Both the position numbers and the translations under genes were made by a program. The notes under the pieces were generated by a model. The model was not told where the DNA came from, searched no databases, and saw only the letters and a program-made list of their open reading frames with translations. 64,000 bases of DNA from Bugula neritina (lineage: Eukaryota; Animalia; Bryozoa): positions 8,814,698-8,878,697 of the forward strand of contig OZ037765.1 in the NCBI GenBank assembly GCA_964035545.1, given 5' to 3'. Below, piece by piece: positions 23,680 through 37,849 of this stretch. The stretch's first letter is position 1. Every line of letters starts with the position of its first letter.

Positions 23680-26600
23680 TTAAGAAGATTGCACTTCTAT
23701 TAGCTGATGCTTCAGCGAAGAGTTCTCAGCACTAATCTTTGCAATTTCTTGACCCAGTGTATCCATATTTTCCTATGAAAATACAAAATATATTATCACA
23801 GACAACCAACCACAATACAGTAAGCATCCCACACAAACTACAAACTAAGTGTAATATCACTAAAACTAAAACAATTTTATCGACATAAGAAATAACAACT
23901 AGCCATCAACATCAAAAACCCAGTACAAAAATACGTACTCAATGCTATGTCACTAATTTAAATTGATAAATAATTTTAAAAGTTCCTCAAATTCATTGTT
24001 TTAAATGCCATTGTAACAAGAAATATCAACCTTTAAAGTGATATTCTTCAGCAATGTATCTTCTAGCACTGCTTGCAACTGATTGTTTATTTTCAAGGAT
24101 AATTGAAGATTCATGCTATCATCCTTAGTCTGCCTATTGCTGATGGAAGCCATTATCCCACCCTTCTTTGCTATATCTTTCTAAAAACACAACTAAGACT
24201 GCATCATCTACAGAAACCAACATATAAACCAAAACAGCTGATCAACACCAATCATTAAAATAATAAACCACCAGTAGCAATTATATTTTAAAAAATAAAA
24301 CACATCTCTTTAAGGCCAATGCAGTTAAATTATAATATGAATATTGAAAACTTAAATAGCTCTTTACACATTGCAGTTTTAGGAAAGTGGTATTTTGTAA
24401 ATTAGAGACCGGAGAATAAAGAAGTAAAATTTACTTCATAAGCACAATGCAAATTAAATGGACAGAAACCTGCCAAAGCACAGTCAATTATAGCAAAAAG
24501 TATTTAAGAAACTGCAAGCAAACGCAAAAATAATTATTTTCTCAACTATATTCGCTATCTATAAGTTGGTAACCTGTCTAATAAAAAAAATTATTCCCTT
24601 AGAAACTATCAAAGAAGTGTCTCCAGAGAGATACAGGAAGGTTGTCTAGAACCTGGGAATAACTAAACATAACCACACACCTTATTTCTATCCATTGTGT
24701 CTGAAGATAAAGCACCTGCTTGCTCTTTCATAGCATACATCTGTATTATCCTGCAAGGAATACACCACATTATTTTAAGAAAGAAACAAGATGAACAAAA
24801 AATAGTGCCTCTAATTCCAGTAGCCAATGACAATTGGCAGTTTTTTTAAAAACACGGTAAATGATTTTGGCTCACCTGGTTTTTCTTTGAACTTGTTCAA
24901 TCAATTGACTGATATGGTCTTGGCAGAAGTCAAGCTTTTCATTTTTACGAGCATTAATCTTCTGGAGTTTGACAATTTTCTCAATCATCTTTTGTTTATC
25001 TGGTTCCAAAAACTGTGGTTCTAACGAATCATTGGAAACTGGCTACAAGTAATATCGATACATATTTGACATATTGACATAAATTCTTACAGTGCTATCA
25101 AGAATGTATAAAGGAAAAAAAAAACATTGAGTGATATTCTGATCAAAGATATTTTTACAACAGATATGAGTTGAGTCAAAACATAGCAAGGTAGGTTTAG
25201 CAAGAAACAACTTCATGTCAATTTTGTGTTGCAAAAGAAGAATCTGCTAATGCTTCCAAAGGAAAGGGTCAATTTTAACAAAAAGTAAAAAAATACGAAA
25301 AACTATTCACAAATACCTGGGGTGTAGTTACTGAACCAACTTCATGTGATATCTATTATAAAATTGGCCAAATTTAAGTTTACAGTACTAACTACTGATT
25401 TTCAAGTAATGTAAGGCTTCACGAATTATGGTAATTCAGTAGTTGCCAGTCTTCCATTAAATACAAAGCTCAACTGAAATAATTCAAGAAATACACACTG
25501 GCACCACAAAAGTACAGAATGAGGAAAACATTTCTTCCTTGGTTTTTCTTGCTCAAAATATGGCCCAAAATGTTTTTGTGTTGGCAATTATAAAACCGAA
25601 TAGCTATAAAAATAGGCCATCTTCAAGTAAATTACAAACATTATTGTCTCATATTTAGTGGGCAGAAAAGGTGTATAGAAAAAGAATTTGCTCTAAAGAG
25701 GGGGAAGCAGGTATCACATGCAGTACTAGGATGTAATAATTATAACTAATTACAAAGTTTCCAAGATTCAGTTATCCATCAGTAAATACAGAGCAAGATT
25801 AAATGAAGAACGAATATAATAATGTATCATAATCATATGTATATCAGGATAATATAAATCAACAATCAGCAATCAGCTTAGCCACCTACTCTAAACCTGA
25901 CTCCTGGAAATCTATCCGACCCACGAACTTGTTGACCTTGTCGCTAGGCAACAAGATAAACAAAATTGATGAACATAAAAAATCCCAGAAAAGAAGACAA
26001 ACCACAAACAATGAACAAAAGACTTCCCTCCCAGTTTGAGTCTGCAATTGTACAGGTAAAGAGACAATGAACAATTAAGGGTTTGAGATATATAAATATT
26101 TTATAAAAGTTGTGCTTTAATTCATTGAAATTATTAATTAATCAACTGATACATCACTCATTGGCATTACCTATTCCAGATTAATTTAGATTACTCTTGA
26201 TATCAATGTGCTTCAAGAAAAATTGAACAGTGCACAACTATTAGCTTACCACTTCAAAAAATTCATAATCATACAAAAGCAGCTACTAATAGAAATTGAT
26301 ATTTACCACTTCTGGTACAGCTGGTTGACTGGAATGCTCAGGGGAGCTTTGGCGTGGCAGGTTTACCACCACCCAACTGTCCTGCTTGTCGAGACTACTG
26401 GAGCTATTGGTCCTGGAATGAGACAAGCTGACAGGAGCAGAACCACCTCTACCATGACTGCTGCCTGGTTTAACAGCAGCTGGTGTGGTCACACCTTCAT
26501 CCATGTACTTAGATTCGTGAGCTTCTAGTTGTCTCCGCAGAGTATGAACTTCTCTTGTTAGTTCCTGAGGGAAAACAGGAGATAGATTTAACTTCATGAC

Positions 26601-29600
26601 TTGAGCCTCAATATAAAATGAGAGTTGAAATCAGTTCAGTGAGTCAAAAATATAAAAAAATAATAAAATGCAGATTAGCTACATGGAAATGTAATGAAAA
26701 GTATTATATTTTCTCCTTGAACTATTTATTACTTATAATAAAATATACATTATATGCACTAGTTCGGTGTTTAATGCTGTACATTACAAACAAGCATGGT
26801 AAAGTACCTTGATTAAATTTTGTACATAATGTTAAAATTCTAAAGTTCACCAGCATACCACCAGTATTATCAAAGCTTTTACTCAGAGTTTTACCTTCAC
26901 AGATGAAACTTGCTTCTTTTTCAGAGTTCTTATTTCTGTTTGATATGCTTCAACATCAGAGTTGAGGTCTTTCACTGTATGACAACATGTGAGGTGAGAA
27001 AATAGGCCTAGCCAATGTTACAACTGTATGTCCCATAATGTACAGAGGATAAATAAACAAATACAAGCTGTGATCAGTAAATACCCAAAATTCTGATTGT
27101 AGGACTTTTGACATCCACAGTGTTGATACTTTTTTATGGCGCTGCGCATAGTCTTGTCACGAGTATTATTATTAGAGTATTTCCAAACAAATTCAACAGT
27201 CTAATTTCAAAATCAATCGGAGTCAGGTGACTACTATTACTGCTGCAAGATGGTATATATAGCCTATAGAGTATCTGCTGTAGAAAAGTTCACTGTGTTT
27301 GACTGGTACAGGGAAGAGACAGTGTTAAAGAAGAACAATTATGAACATCAGCAACACCAAGGACAGACTATTGTGAAATTAAAGGGTAGAGATGACAGCG
27401 ATCGACCATCGGTAGTGTGTAGGAACCAAGTCTAAATATTGTAATGGGGAATTTGAACATGAGAAGGTCTATAAGAAGCAAAGCACAAACACTTGCATTG
27501 ATCTGGAGAAATCTTTGGAATTCAAGTCTAACTTTCTGTAATAAATCAATGGAGATTAGTTATAAGCCACATAAAGTTATATAGTCATTAAAAGCTTACG
27601 CATTTTAGGAAATCTTGTATGGTAAACAGCTAAACAAATGTGACAAAATGGCTGAACGAAGGAACTAAGATGGCCACTGGGGATGTCAAGATGATTTGCC
27701 AAACCCTGAGATTATTGTAAAAAATGACAATTTGTATGCGAATAGTTACAACAACCCTAATTGCTGAATAACTCATTTAGGTATTTATTGATCACACCCT
27801 GTGTGTTTATTCATGCAAATAAACTAGAGACATGAATACTGCATATTAAATATAATTTTAATAGATATATGTAAAAATAATTCTTCTATGTGTAGACAAA
27901 ACTATATTTTAATTCAAATAAACTGTCGCTATATTGAAATAAGCCAAAATAAGTTAACTAAATCGCTGCCCAAAAATAGATTATAACTTTTTAACTTTTC
28001 TTATCAATTACCTGTATCTTTCAACTCAGCAATTTCAGCATGCCCTTTTTCTATCTCTGACTGGGCAAATGCTTTTTCTTTAGCCAATAGAAGTTCCTGT
28101 AATATTTGAATAGATTAGCAACAAAAATATAATAGCATCTTTAACCCCTTCCTTCTCCAATTCACAAAACATCTCCAAATATGACCTTTACCAATAACAG
28201 AATTTATTCATAATTTAGAATAGCCATACCTGCTCCTGTAAAGATTGCTCCAACCTACTGATTTCATTATCTTGATGGTCAGTAGTAATACCGATTCCAG
28301 CCAACTGAAAATAATATCCCCACAATACAAAATACAACACAGAGCTTTAGACATGAGCAATCATGTGCAGCAGTTCTTATTGTCATACAAATATTACTTA
28401 AATAAAACTTTTTAATAACAATTTCAAATGATAAAATACCTGAATAAAACTGGCAACATCACAAAAAATAGCACACGCAGAATAAATTTAAATAATGCTT
28501 TGGAAAGTTATAACAAATTATCTTCAGCCAATGGAAAGCTAGGCCTATAGTATGTTTACACATTTATAATATGTATGAGTGAACTGATGGTCCCTCCAAA
28601 GGTACTACCGCCAGTCAGCTACTGATGCAATATTTCAACAGACTGTAATACTCATACAGCACATATGGTAATCAAATACATGCATCTTGAATGTAATTTT
28701 GAAGTAAAATTCAAACATGCAGGAGGCCCAACAAATGGCATCTAAGGCGCACTCTCCATGATGATGTAATTGGTCAATTCATGTCATATACTATTCTGTA
28801 AACTGATACGCTATATATTTCTCTCATAGTCATGAATTTAAATTAAATCTCTTCTTTTGTGTTTTGTTTGATGTAATAGAGGAGATATTGTATTGTGCTA
28901 TAATACAACATATACAATACAACTAAAAGTCAAGGCCAAAAAACGTCCAAGATTTTATATTTCGTCCCGGAGAAGTGCAATAATATACATTAGCTCATGA
29001 TGATGATGCCTTACTTTTGAATTTAAAACTGAGTTTGCAGATTGTAACTCAGCATTTCGTTCAGTCATCTTCTGAGTTAGAAGAAGTAATTCACTCTCCC
29101 TCTTTTTACAGATATCCATCTCTGATTGATTCTCTTCAGAACTGAGCTGGATAACACCGAGTTGGTTATGAAGTTCCAAACATTCGGTCTCCTTACTACA
29201 AGTTCACAACACGATAACCATGTGGCGTTGCTTGCAAACAGTGCAAGGTTAAATGTAAATTTGTGATCAATTGTAAAGGTGGTTGACCTTTCATGAGACG
29301 GTGAAAAAACTTAAACATTCTAACCTTACAGTCGGTCTGCAATAAACACTTGGTTTGATATCTAGTCAATATTTTACTACAAGTCACACCTACACATGTA
29401 AAAACACCAAAATACACATCTTCCAATACATCAAGGCTGTCCATTTTACAATTAGTATCATTGTTAACTAACACTTCAAGATCATGTTTCAGTGACTGCA
29501 TTTCTTGCAACTTTGAACGAATCTGAGAGTTTTCTTCCCTTAGACTTGAGATGCAGGCATTTAAATCCTCTACTTCTTTAGCCTGAACTTCATTGACATT

Positions 29601-32600
29601 TTCCAATTCTTGAAGCTGTAAATTGATAGAACATCGAAATGTTGTGAAAAAGTAAAAAGAAATTTAATTTCAAACAATACAGACAAACTAATTTAAGAGT
29701 GTACTTTTTTGCAAATAGGACAATTCTAGCGCTTTTATTGTAATAAACAAATGTAAGAGTTTTGTCACCTTGAGTTCTCCTGCCCCATACTGCTTTCTGA
29801 GTAAAGTCATTTCTTTGGTGCTTTCTTCAAGTCTTGTTTTCAACTCAGCAGACTCCTAAAACCATTGTACAAATCATTAAGAATTTGACCTATCTGATGT
29901 AGCTTTTGAAAAAAAACTCGTTAGAACACATTTCTATTTTAGATAAACAATAACAAAATACTGATATAATAATGAACCAGTTCTTATTCCAGCGGAGCAA
30001 AAACTAGTTTAACCACTGAGCTGAATAATTCAGAAACACCAACCATTGACATAGTAACTGTTGTCACTGGTGACTACTGGGTGAAAGAGAAAGAAGCAGC
30101 AACAATTTAATAATAGCAATAATAAATAGTAAAATAAAATGCTAAAACTCTAAAGCACCCGCTAGTCTAACAGCTTAAGAAACTGAAGCCTATAGAGACT
30201 ATATAGAGCAGAGCATGACCTTGGAGAGGCGAGTGATCAGTGTTTCTTTATCTTCTAGTTCTGCTACTTTCTTTTTCAGCTCCACATCCAAACTATTGGA
30301 TTTAATATCTTCAGATTCCTGATAGGTTTTAATCATTTCTTGGCAATTGACTCGGATGGTAACGCACTCTTCTTTTGTCTCTTTGTACCTTCTGGTCATT
30401 TCATCTAACTTTAATTTGGTCTCCTAAATAATGAATAATGTTATATGAGTTTGCACTGTCCCATCCCAAGACCCAGTTGAAAGATAAAGACGAAGCATTA
30501 AAACTACACTCAATTGCCACATGTTTAGCAAGCAACGGTCTATTGAGGTAGAAGTAGTCATTTCATGCTTAAAAAATATTCATCAATCTGATTTTGTTTA
30601 CATTTTAGTCTCTAAAGATTTACATTTAAATATATAAAAAAAGATGTAAGGGCTGGCCTCACAATCGTGAGAATCACACGAAATCGTATATCTGACACGA
30701 AAAAACATTCGTACGAAAAAATTTGAAGGAATTCAAACTAAATCGTCTTCGTTGGGTGTACACAACGATGATGATGGACGAAAAATCACAATTGACGATA
30801 AGCACTATTTGATTAGTCAATAAAATTTTAGCAACAGTAATTATTTCATTTCTACCACGTTTCTCTATTTGGCAATTTTCTGCTGTTTGTACCTCGTGCA
30901 AGACTCATTCACGGACTATTTATTACGTGTTTCGTCTGACGAGTGTGTGGCGGGTCATAACGAGAGGATAACTCACGAAAATCGTCACACGATTTCGTGT
31001 GATTCTCACGATCGTGAGGCCAGGCCTGTAGCCTTTTTAGTTCAACATATTTGCTAAAAAAAACTCGATCAAAATAATAAACTGCTTGTGAACCCACAAT
31101 TACTTTATTGAATTAACATGGTTTTTATTAGAATGTGCCCTTGCACTTACATTTGATTAGACGTTTTAAAAGATGCTTCAAAAAGACTAAATAAAAAACT
31201 AGAAACCTAATTTGAGAGTTTATCAATGACTCATACTCCATCCACATGGTCATACTCACTTTATGAGCGTCAACTTCCGACTTCAGTTTGTTTTGTGCCC
31301 ATTTAGTCCTGTACTCATGCGATGATAAAGCCTCCTTTTGACTTTCAAGTTCTTGCTTAAGAACTGCTGCTTCGGACACCTTGAAAACACGACCAACATT
31401 ATTAAAACATGTGACGTAACTGGAGGGAAGTATATGTACAGCAATCAAATCAACAATTTTAAAGTGAAGAGCAAATTCTTGCAAATTTTTTCATCATCTT
31501 TCAAGTCTAATAAAAATAATGCAGGCACTTCTTAATACTAGAATAAAGTCCTGAAACTACAAATTTAGGGAGTGTCCTAATTATTATTACTATTGATTAT
31601 AAGAGATATTGAAACTGTTGCACAAAGTTGCACATTACTGTAGTTTATTTTATGATTTCTAGTAAATAAAACATTGATAATAGTAAATCAATAAATAATC
31701 AAAGATAGTAGAGTAGCCCAATCATTTTTTATTCTTTTGATAAAATTTATATAAACTTTAGTTTAAGCTGTATTAAATTACTGAAGTTCCTGAATTCGCT
31801 GATAAAGTATTCTCAATTTCACTGCAACAGAGAGAAGAAAACTCATGATGTCACTACAACAGAAGAAAACTCATGATGTCACTACAGTAGAGAGGAGAAA
31901 ACTCTTGATGTCACATGTACCTTTTCCTGCAAAGTAGCTGTGTGTTTTGCCGACTCTGATTTAAGAGATCTTAGTTTTTCAGACAAAACATCCTTTTCTC
32001 TGTCCCGATCCTTCACGCGAGACTCTAATTTGTCTATGGTTGATTGAAGTTGAGCAATTTTAGTTTCTCCCTGAGCATATCTCACAACCATGGTTTCCTT
32101 CTCTGCCACACATTCACTGTATTTTTTATTCACCTAAAAACAAACCCAAATGTTGAAATTGCTCAACATCAAATATTTTAGCAATGCCTTAATTTGATTA
32201 AAAGGAATAATAATATCATATGTTAAAAACTACACTAAGTTTCACCTACCCCTGGAAACTCTAAAACTTGGGTTATAAAGTTATACTGTAGCATTACACC
32301 ACCATTAGCATACAAATGTTACAAATTTTTATATAATATTCATTTTAAAATGCTGTTTCTACCTTTTCTATATTAGCCTGGTGTTCTGCTTTGTAACCCT
32401 CGATGGCCTTGCGGGCCGCTTTGTCATTGATATCCACTATTTCTTTCCACTTTTTAATTTCATTATTTTGACTGTCGACCGTCTTTTGAAGCTGCAATAA
32501 TAGTTTGCGCTTCATTGCATCATATATCTAACATTACACAAACTGCATGAATGTCTCATAGAGTAGCAAGATGCACAATTAAAAGAACATGTTATAAAAT

Positions 32601-34895
32601 TAGATATTGATTCCATTGCAAATAGAAGGATTATCTAAATTTCAGTAGAATCTACTAATTGCACTCCTCTATGTTAGTTTTATAAACATTTCATTCCAAT
32701 ATAGCATGATGTAGAAGGTAGAACATGTAAGCATGTAAGAATACACCATGTTCAAAAGCTGATCTGTCGTACCAGCATGTTTGAAATCATAGAAATACAA
32801 GTATTAGTAAAATATGCTGGGTATAAGAAATAAATCTTACAGCTTCATTCTGAGCTTCATATTCCGATAGAGATTTGTTGGTATTCTGTATTTCTTGATA
32901 TTTTTGCTGAGATATCTGTGCGAGCTGAACCTCCAAGTGTTTGTTTGCAGATTCCAGTCTAAAATGATTACAACAGCAGCTAAAGTTATGAAGACAGCTA
33001 GTGATACAAGCAGCTTTGTGAACAGTAAATATGTCTTGCACATCACACTGCCCATTCTACTATGATTTACCACATCTAGCTATTTTATTTGTACAAGACA
33101 GATCAATGCTATTAGGGTTATTCAGTTGGCTAATCGCTATGATGCTTGGAAACTACTCAAGAGTTGTTCAATACAAGTTTAGGTCGTGAGAAAGCAGACA
33201 TCTTGATCCCTTAAACTTTCATTATGTCATATAAAAGATGCTTCTTAGCATATCAATCCTATCACATGCATACTATCTAACAGCAAGTATATAATGACAT
33301 GCCTGTGGGGCACTGAATATCTTAATATAAGAGAAGACATTAAGTAGGCCATTAAGTTATTTTGATGGATGGTTGTACTACAAGCATTTTAGTTTTTGCT
33401 TTGTCTTACTTTAGTATTTCTACAAAAAAGTATTATTTGACTTTTTAGAATAAAAACAGAAACTAAAAATAATAAAGATATACTTTACAGGCCGAAAATT
33501 AGTTTACTCAGTGAAACCCAAAGTTTGTAATGGTTTGCTTTTGTACTAGCACATTATATAATTAACTGGAAAATAATTAGTTTTTCAAATAAATTTCACC
33601 ATAAAAAAATTGAATGAAGACAATATATTATACTTTGCAACTCATCTCTACAGATATAAGTCAAATTTTTGAGCCAACAAAAAATTAACTTCCCCACTTC
33701 TAATCTATAACCTACTGTCCTAGATACCTTCAACATGAGTTCCAACTGTCAGTACTCACAACACATAGACATGGCTCTGTAATTTATAAAAAACATAGAG
33801 TTTAGGCTAAGCAGGAAATTTTATTCCTATAAATTGAATAGAAGTTTGTAATGACCTTGAAATATCTGCTTTCAGTGAAGATAACTCTTCATCATTTGCC
33901 GTCACAAGGTCATCAATCTGAGAAAGTAATTCGTCATCATGTGACCCATCAGGAAATCCATTGACTACAGTACATAATATATAAGCAATTCAATTTAGAT
34001 TGTGTATGATGGTAGGTAAAATCAACCTTCTCATTAAAATCCCTAATCACTGCATGCTTAACATGAACAGTTATACATACATTAACCATGTTTAGGAAAA
34101 ACCATGTTAGCCTATTAAGTATATAAACATTGCTTGTAATAGTCGAATATCTTATCTCATAGAGCAAGTTGAAATAAGTGCAATAATTTACAAAATAGAA
34201 ATAACTAGTGCTGACTTATAGTTCAAATCTATAACTGATACACTGCAGAGTAAAATTAGAGCATTTTGAGTCACTGAAGTAATTTATGCATATAATACAT
34301 AAAAATAATTAATGCTTGCTCATTTGCCAAGAGTTTGTAAAACTGTTAAAACCAAATAAAATTCAAATTTATCAATATAATTATAGTGTCAGATACAAAG
34401 TATGCCCTTATATTTGTATCTAAGTACATTATAATTGAATAGTTATTTTTTCAGCATAGCTTTGTCCTCACATAACCTGATAATCAACACCCACCCTGTG
34501 TCAAGACACACACCAACAGACCAGTTCAGGCTACTCAAATAACATGGAAGTAATTTGCATAAACATTTAGAAAACAAAAAGTCTTAATCCACTTGAAATG
34601 TATATACAAGATTAACTATTTGGGAGAAAAATCCAAAAGCAAGTCTGATGAAGATTGATTAAAAATAAAGCTCGATAAAAGTTAAACCCAGATTATAAGG
34701 ACAACTTTAGTATAAATCTCTATTACCTGCAGTAACTGAATTAGTGTTTTCGGTTGGGTGTTGGTCTGAGAGAATGGGTTCTTCTTTGACTGCCAATGAC
34801 TCTTTGGTATCATCAGTAACTTGAACATCTTTACTGATTACCTCCACATGTCGTATGCTGTTTATTTGATCTGGCAACTTTATAACCTCTGCCAT
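23680..34895 (-). CDS. CCDC186: Coiled-coil domain-containing protein 186 (C10orf118/CCCP-1-like), multi-exon; start codon tentative
   Basis: Exons encode EKETMVVRYAQGE, KWAQNKLKSEVDAHK, CQEMIKTYQESEDIKSNSLD, RESELLLLTQKMTERNAELQS and the conserved C-terminus LQAVLEDTLLKNITLK|ENMDTLGQEI; stop TAA at 23680-23682. Confidence 0.9.
30649..31027. mobile_element. Harbinger-like MITE in a CCDC186 intron (379 bp)
   Basis: TIRs AGG.CTGGCCTCAC.ATCGTGAGAATCACACGAAATCGT; 3-bp GTA direct repeat at 30646-30648 and 31028-31030. Confidence 0.8.
31820..31915. repeat. ~30-32-bp tandem repeat x3 next to a CCDC186 splice donor
   Basis: CACT.CA..AGA.A(G)AAGAAAACTC.TGATGT repeated three times. Confidence 0.85.
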
Positions 34896-36379
34896 TATGC
34901 CATGCTGACTAACAACACTTACAACATCCTGCAAGAAAAATGCTTTTAATAAACTACAATACTCCATGTGATTGTTTCCGAAACACCAATCATAAACTAG
35001 TATTGAAGGTTTTAGATACTATTTAGTTAATATTAATATTTATTAGTGCACTGAAATAAAATAAAAACGCTACCAAAATACAGAATTCTATATGGAACCT
35101 ATATCTTCAGTTCTACTATCTATGAACAATTACTTTCTCTAGTTCAATTATTTGGTTGGCTGTCAAAATGATTTTATATGTAAAGCACAGCCTAAGCAAT
35201 ATTATATTACAAAACTACTAGCACTTTACTTAAACACTAGTGATTACCAAACCCGATGTTAAATATGCAGTAGTGCTGAGTCAGTATTGGCAATATCAAA
35301 GACACTGAAATCGGTGGCTGCTAAACTGCTGTTAATCTAGGTATTTTGGTAATTTTTTTATGTGTTTTCAACACAGCTTATGAATGAATAAATGTGTTCA
35401 CTCAACACCAGAACAAGCAGATACTGAAACACTATTAATCTTAAGTCTACATCTTCTAACATGACTAGCTAAAGTCTAAACTAAGTTAAAAATAACCCAA
35501 ATGATACAATAGGGTAAACCCTGTTCCATAACAAGAATGTGGTAAAATATCAATATAGATACAATTATAATATTATTAATTATAAGTAATAGATACCACA
35601 AGTATTATAGTATAAGTTATGTTACCATATTGTATAATATAATACAGATTGTCGCAATAATTCTTTTTTAATAAAAACTTACTGGTTTGCATACTGACAT
35701 CAATATTAAGATTAATTTTAACATGTTAGGACTTGCATTTAAATTATATAACATTAATAATATTATGCATAGTTATTTTTATCCCAATTTTATAGTTTAT
35801 TACAACTATAGTATTCAAATGCAAAACTCTAACTCTACCTTGCTGAATGCAACTTATAGTAAAAATTCAGACCACGTAAGTGAATACAGATTGCGGTACT
35901 TTAAATTTTAATTTTCAAAGAATTACTGTCTGCAAGCAAACTCATATCGAAAGCTACTTGAACCTTTGTAGTTTAATTTTTCCGTATATGTTACTATAAC
36001 TAATTTTAATATCTAGATTATTTAGATTTGGATGCAAGTCATTATGAATCAAGTACTTGGCTACTCGAGTAGTCCACTAAAAATTTCTTAACCCAACTCT
36101 CAACTTGTTAAAGTTAATGACTTAGCTTTACTCTTAAAGTTAATAAATTGCTTTGACATCATGAATGGCTTGTGGAAGAATGTTTAAGTTTTTGAAATTT
36201 GAGTAAGTTGAAAATAAAGCATCAAATAAAAATAGATCAATTTAGCTTTTTAGTATTTATAAGAAGTAAGAAGCCTTCAAATAAATATCTTAAATATTAA
36301 AAACTGACCACCACAATCATAATGAGCTCATAGTTCAAAGCGTTTAGACCAAAACCCCACAGAACAGTGAACAGAGTCT

Positions 36380-36760
36380 GAGTCACATGTGTAATGATAC
36401 AAAGTGAAAATTATTACAAACACAGTCACATGTATTTAGTTTAACTTTAAGTTTACACATCACCATCAGTATCACTATCACTGATAGCGCGAGTATGAGT
36501 ATGACTATCAGTATGAGTAACTCAGTATGACTATCACTATGAGTATTGGTTTGATCAAGTTCAAGTACGCTCAAAGTCAAATGATTCAAATTAAATATAA
36601 AAATTGACTCAAGATCAAGTCAAGCTCAAAGTCAATCAGAATGTCACTTTCAAAGTGACACTAATTGTTATAGTAAAATTAAATGTCATCATCATGATCA
36701 TCACTTCATCATTCATAATCATCACAGTTACACTGATAGTCAGAGTCACTCAGTCAGTCA
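36380..36760. repeat. 6-bp-periodic low-complexity tract near the CCDC186 5' end
   Basis: tca gta tca cta tca ctg ata gcg cga gta tga gta tga cta tca gta tga gta... Confidence 0.65.
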
Positions 36761-36959
36761 TCAGGCAATGATCAAATTCAATCCAGCTCTGGTACAGGTA
36801 TCAACAACAAAAATTATTATAAATTACTATTTAAATTACTCAAAATCATTCAATTTTATCATAAGTAATAACTATAGTTCTAAATAATTAGACGACACCA
36901 GTAGAATTATGAGTAAAAGCTATTCTAGCCAGTAATTACTAATTACTAAATTATCATCA

Positions 36960-37160
36960 TGTAGATACCTTGAATTTACTACAGTACTAAATTTTAGAGA
37001 CGAGTGAGTAATCGCCCTTAAACACTGCCGTAATATGGTACGTGCTGACGTTTTTAATAGCCGAAAGTCATGCCTGTGGTTTGATTCTGTAGGTTATTTT
37101 AAAAGTCGCAGAAGCTCAACATCAACATCAACATGTGTGACTGAAGAGGGCAAATATTTT
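36960..37160. promoter_or_regulatory. Putative bidirectional promoter region between CCDC186 (-) and the Vreteno-like gene (+)
   Basis: Locally CpG-richer segment (GGTACGTGCTGACGTT; E-box/CRE-like) between divergent genes; candidate minus-strand donor at ~36967. Inference only. Confidence 0.35.
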
Positions 37161-37269
37161 GCAGTTAGTTCACTATCAGTGTATTACTATTAGATGATGC
37201 ATCAAAAGCCATAAAATAAGATTTACAACACAAGACATCCCATTATTTACTTTTAAGCTTACGAGTATT

Positions 37270-37700
37270 ATAATCAATAAATTATGATAATTTATCCGTA
37301 TTGATAATGATATTCTGATACTCATACTGATACTGATAGTGATAGTGATTCTGATTGTGATAATGATATTCAATTTCATATTCATATTGGTAATTCACTT
37401 TCAGTGAGCCTTGTCTTCTGCTTTTGAATTTATGGTTCGAGTTATAGTATAAGTTATGCCCATCCTGATCCATAATCATAATGATAATGAATAATGATTA
37501 TCGTTAAAATACTGGTAGTAACATTTAGATTTATATAATAAATTTCTTAGATGTTATCCAAAAATCTGAATCAATCTTGTATTCTTCAAATTAAACTTAG
37601 AGTTAGTGTATCATAATAATTAATAATAATAATCATCAACTCATCAAGTGATCATCATGTAACTTAAACTTAGACTCTTTATTTTTAGTTTTAGCTCATT
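37270..37700. repeat. 6-bp-periodic low-complexity tract
   Basis: tga tat tct gat act cat act gat act gat agt gat agt gat tct gat tgt gat... Confidence 0.6.
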
Positions 37701-37849
37701 TGGTTTAGAGATGGGACATTTGGCTTTAACTTAGATGTAGAATCATGAATGTTGTTTAGAATTTTCAAATGGCAATTGGCATTGCAGCCATAATCATTGC
37801 ATGCTTGCTTCACACTATTTAAGTATTCGAAATACAAAATCAGGGATCT

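Noticed and set aside
25886-25945. Possible extra CCDC186 exon
   Set aside because: Its candidate donors do not fit the phase-0 path through 25317-25352 and 25042; not required for the reading frame.
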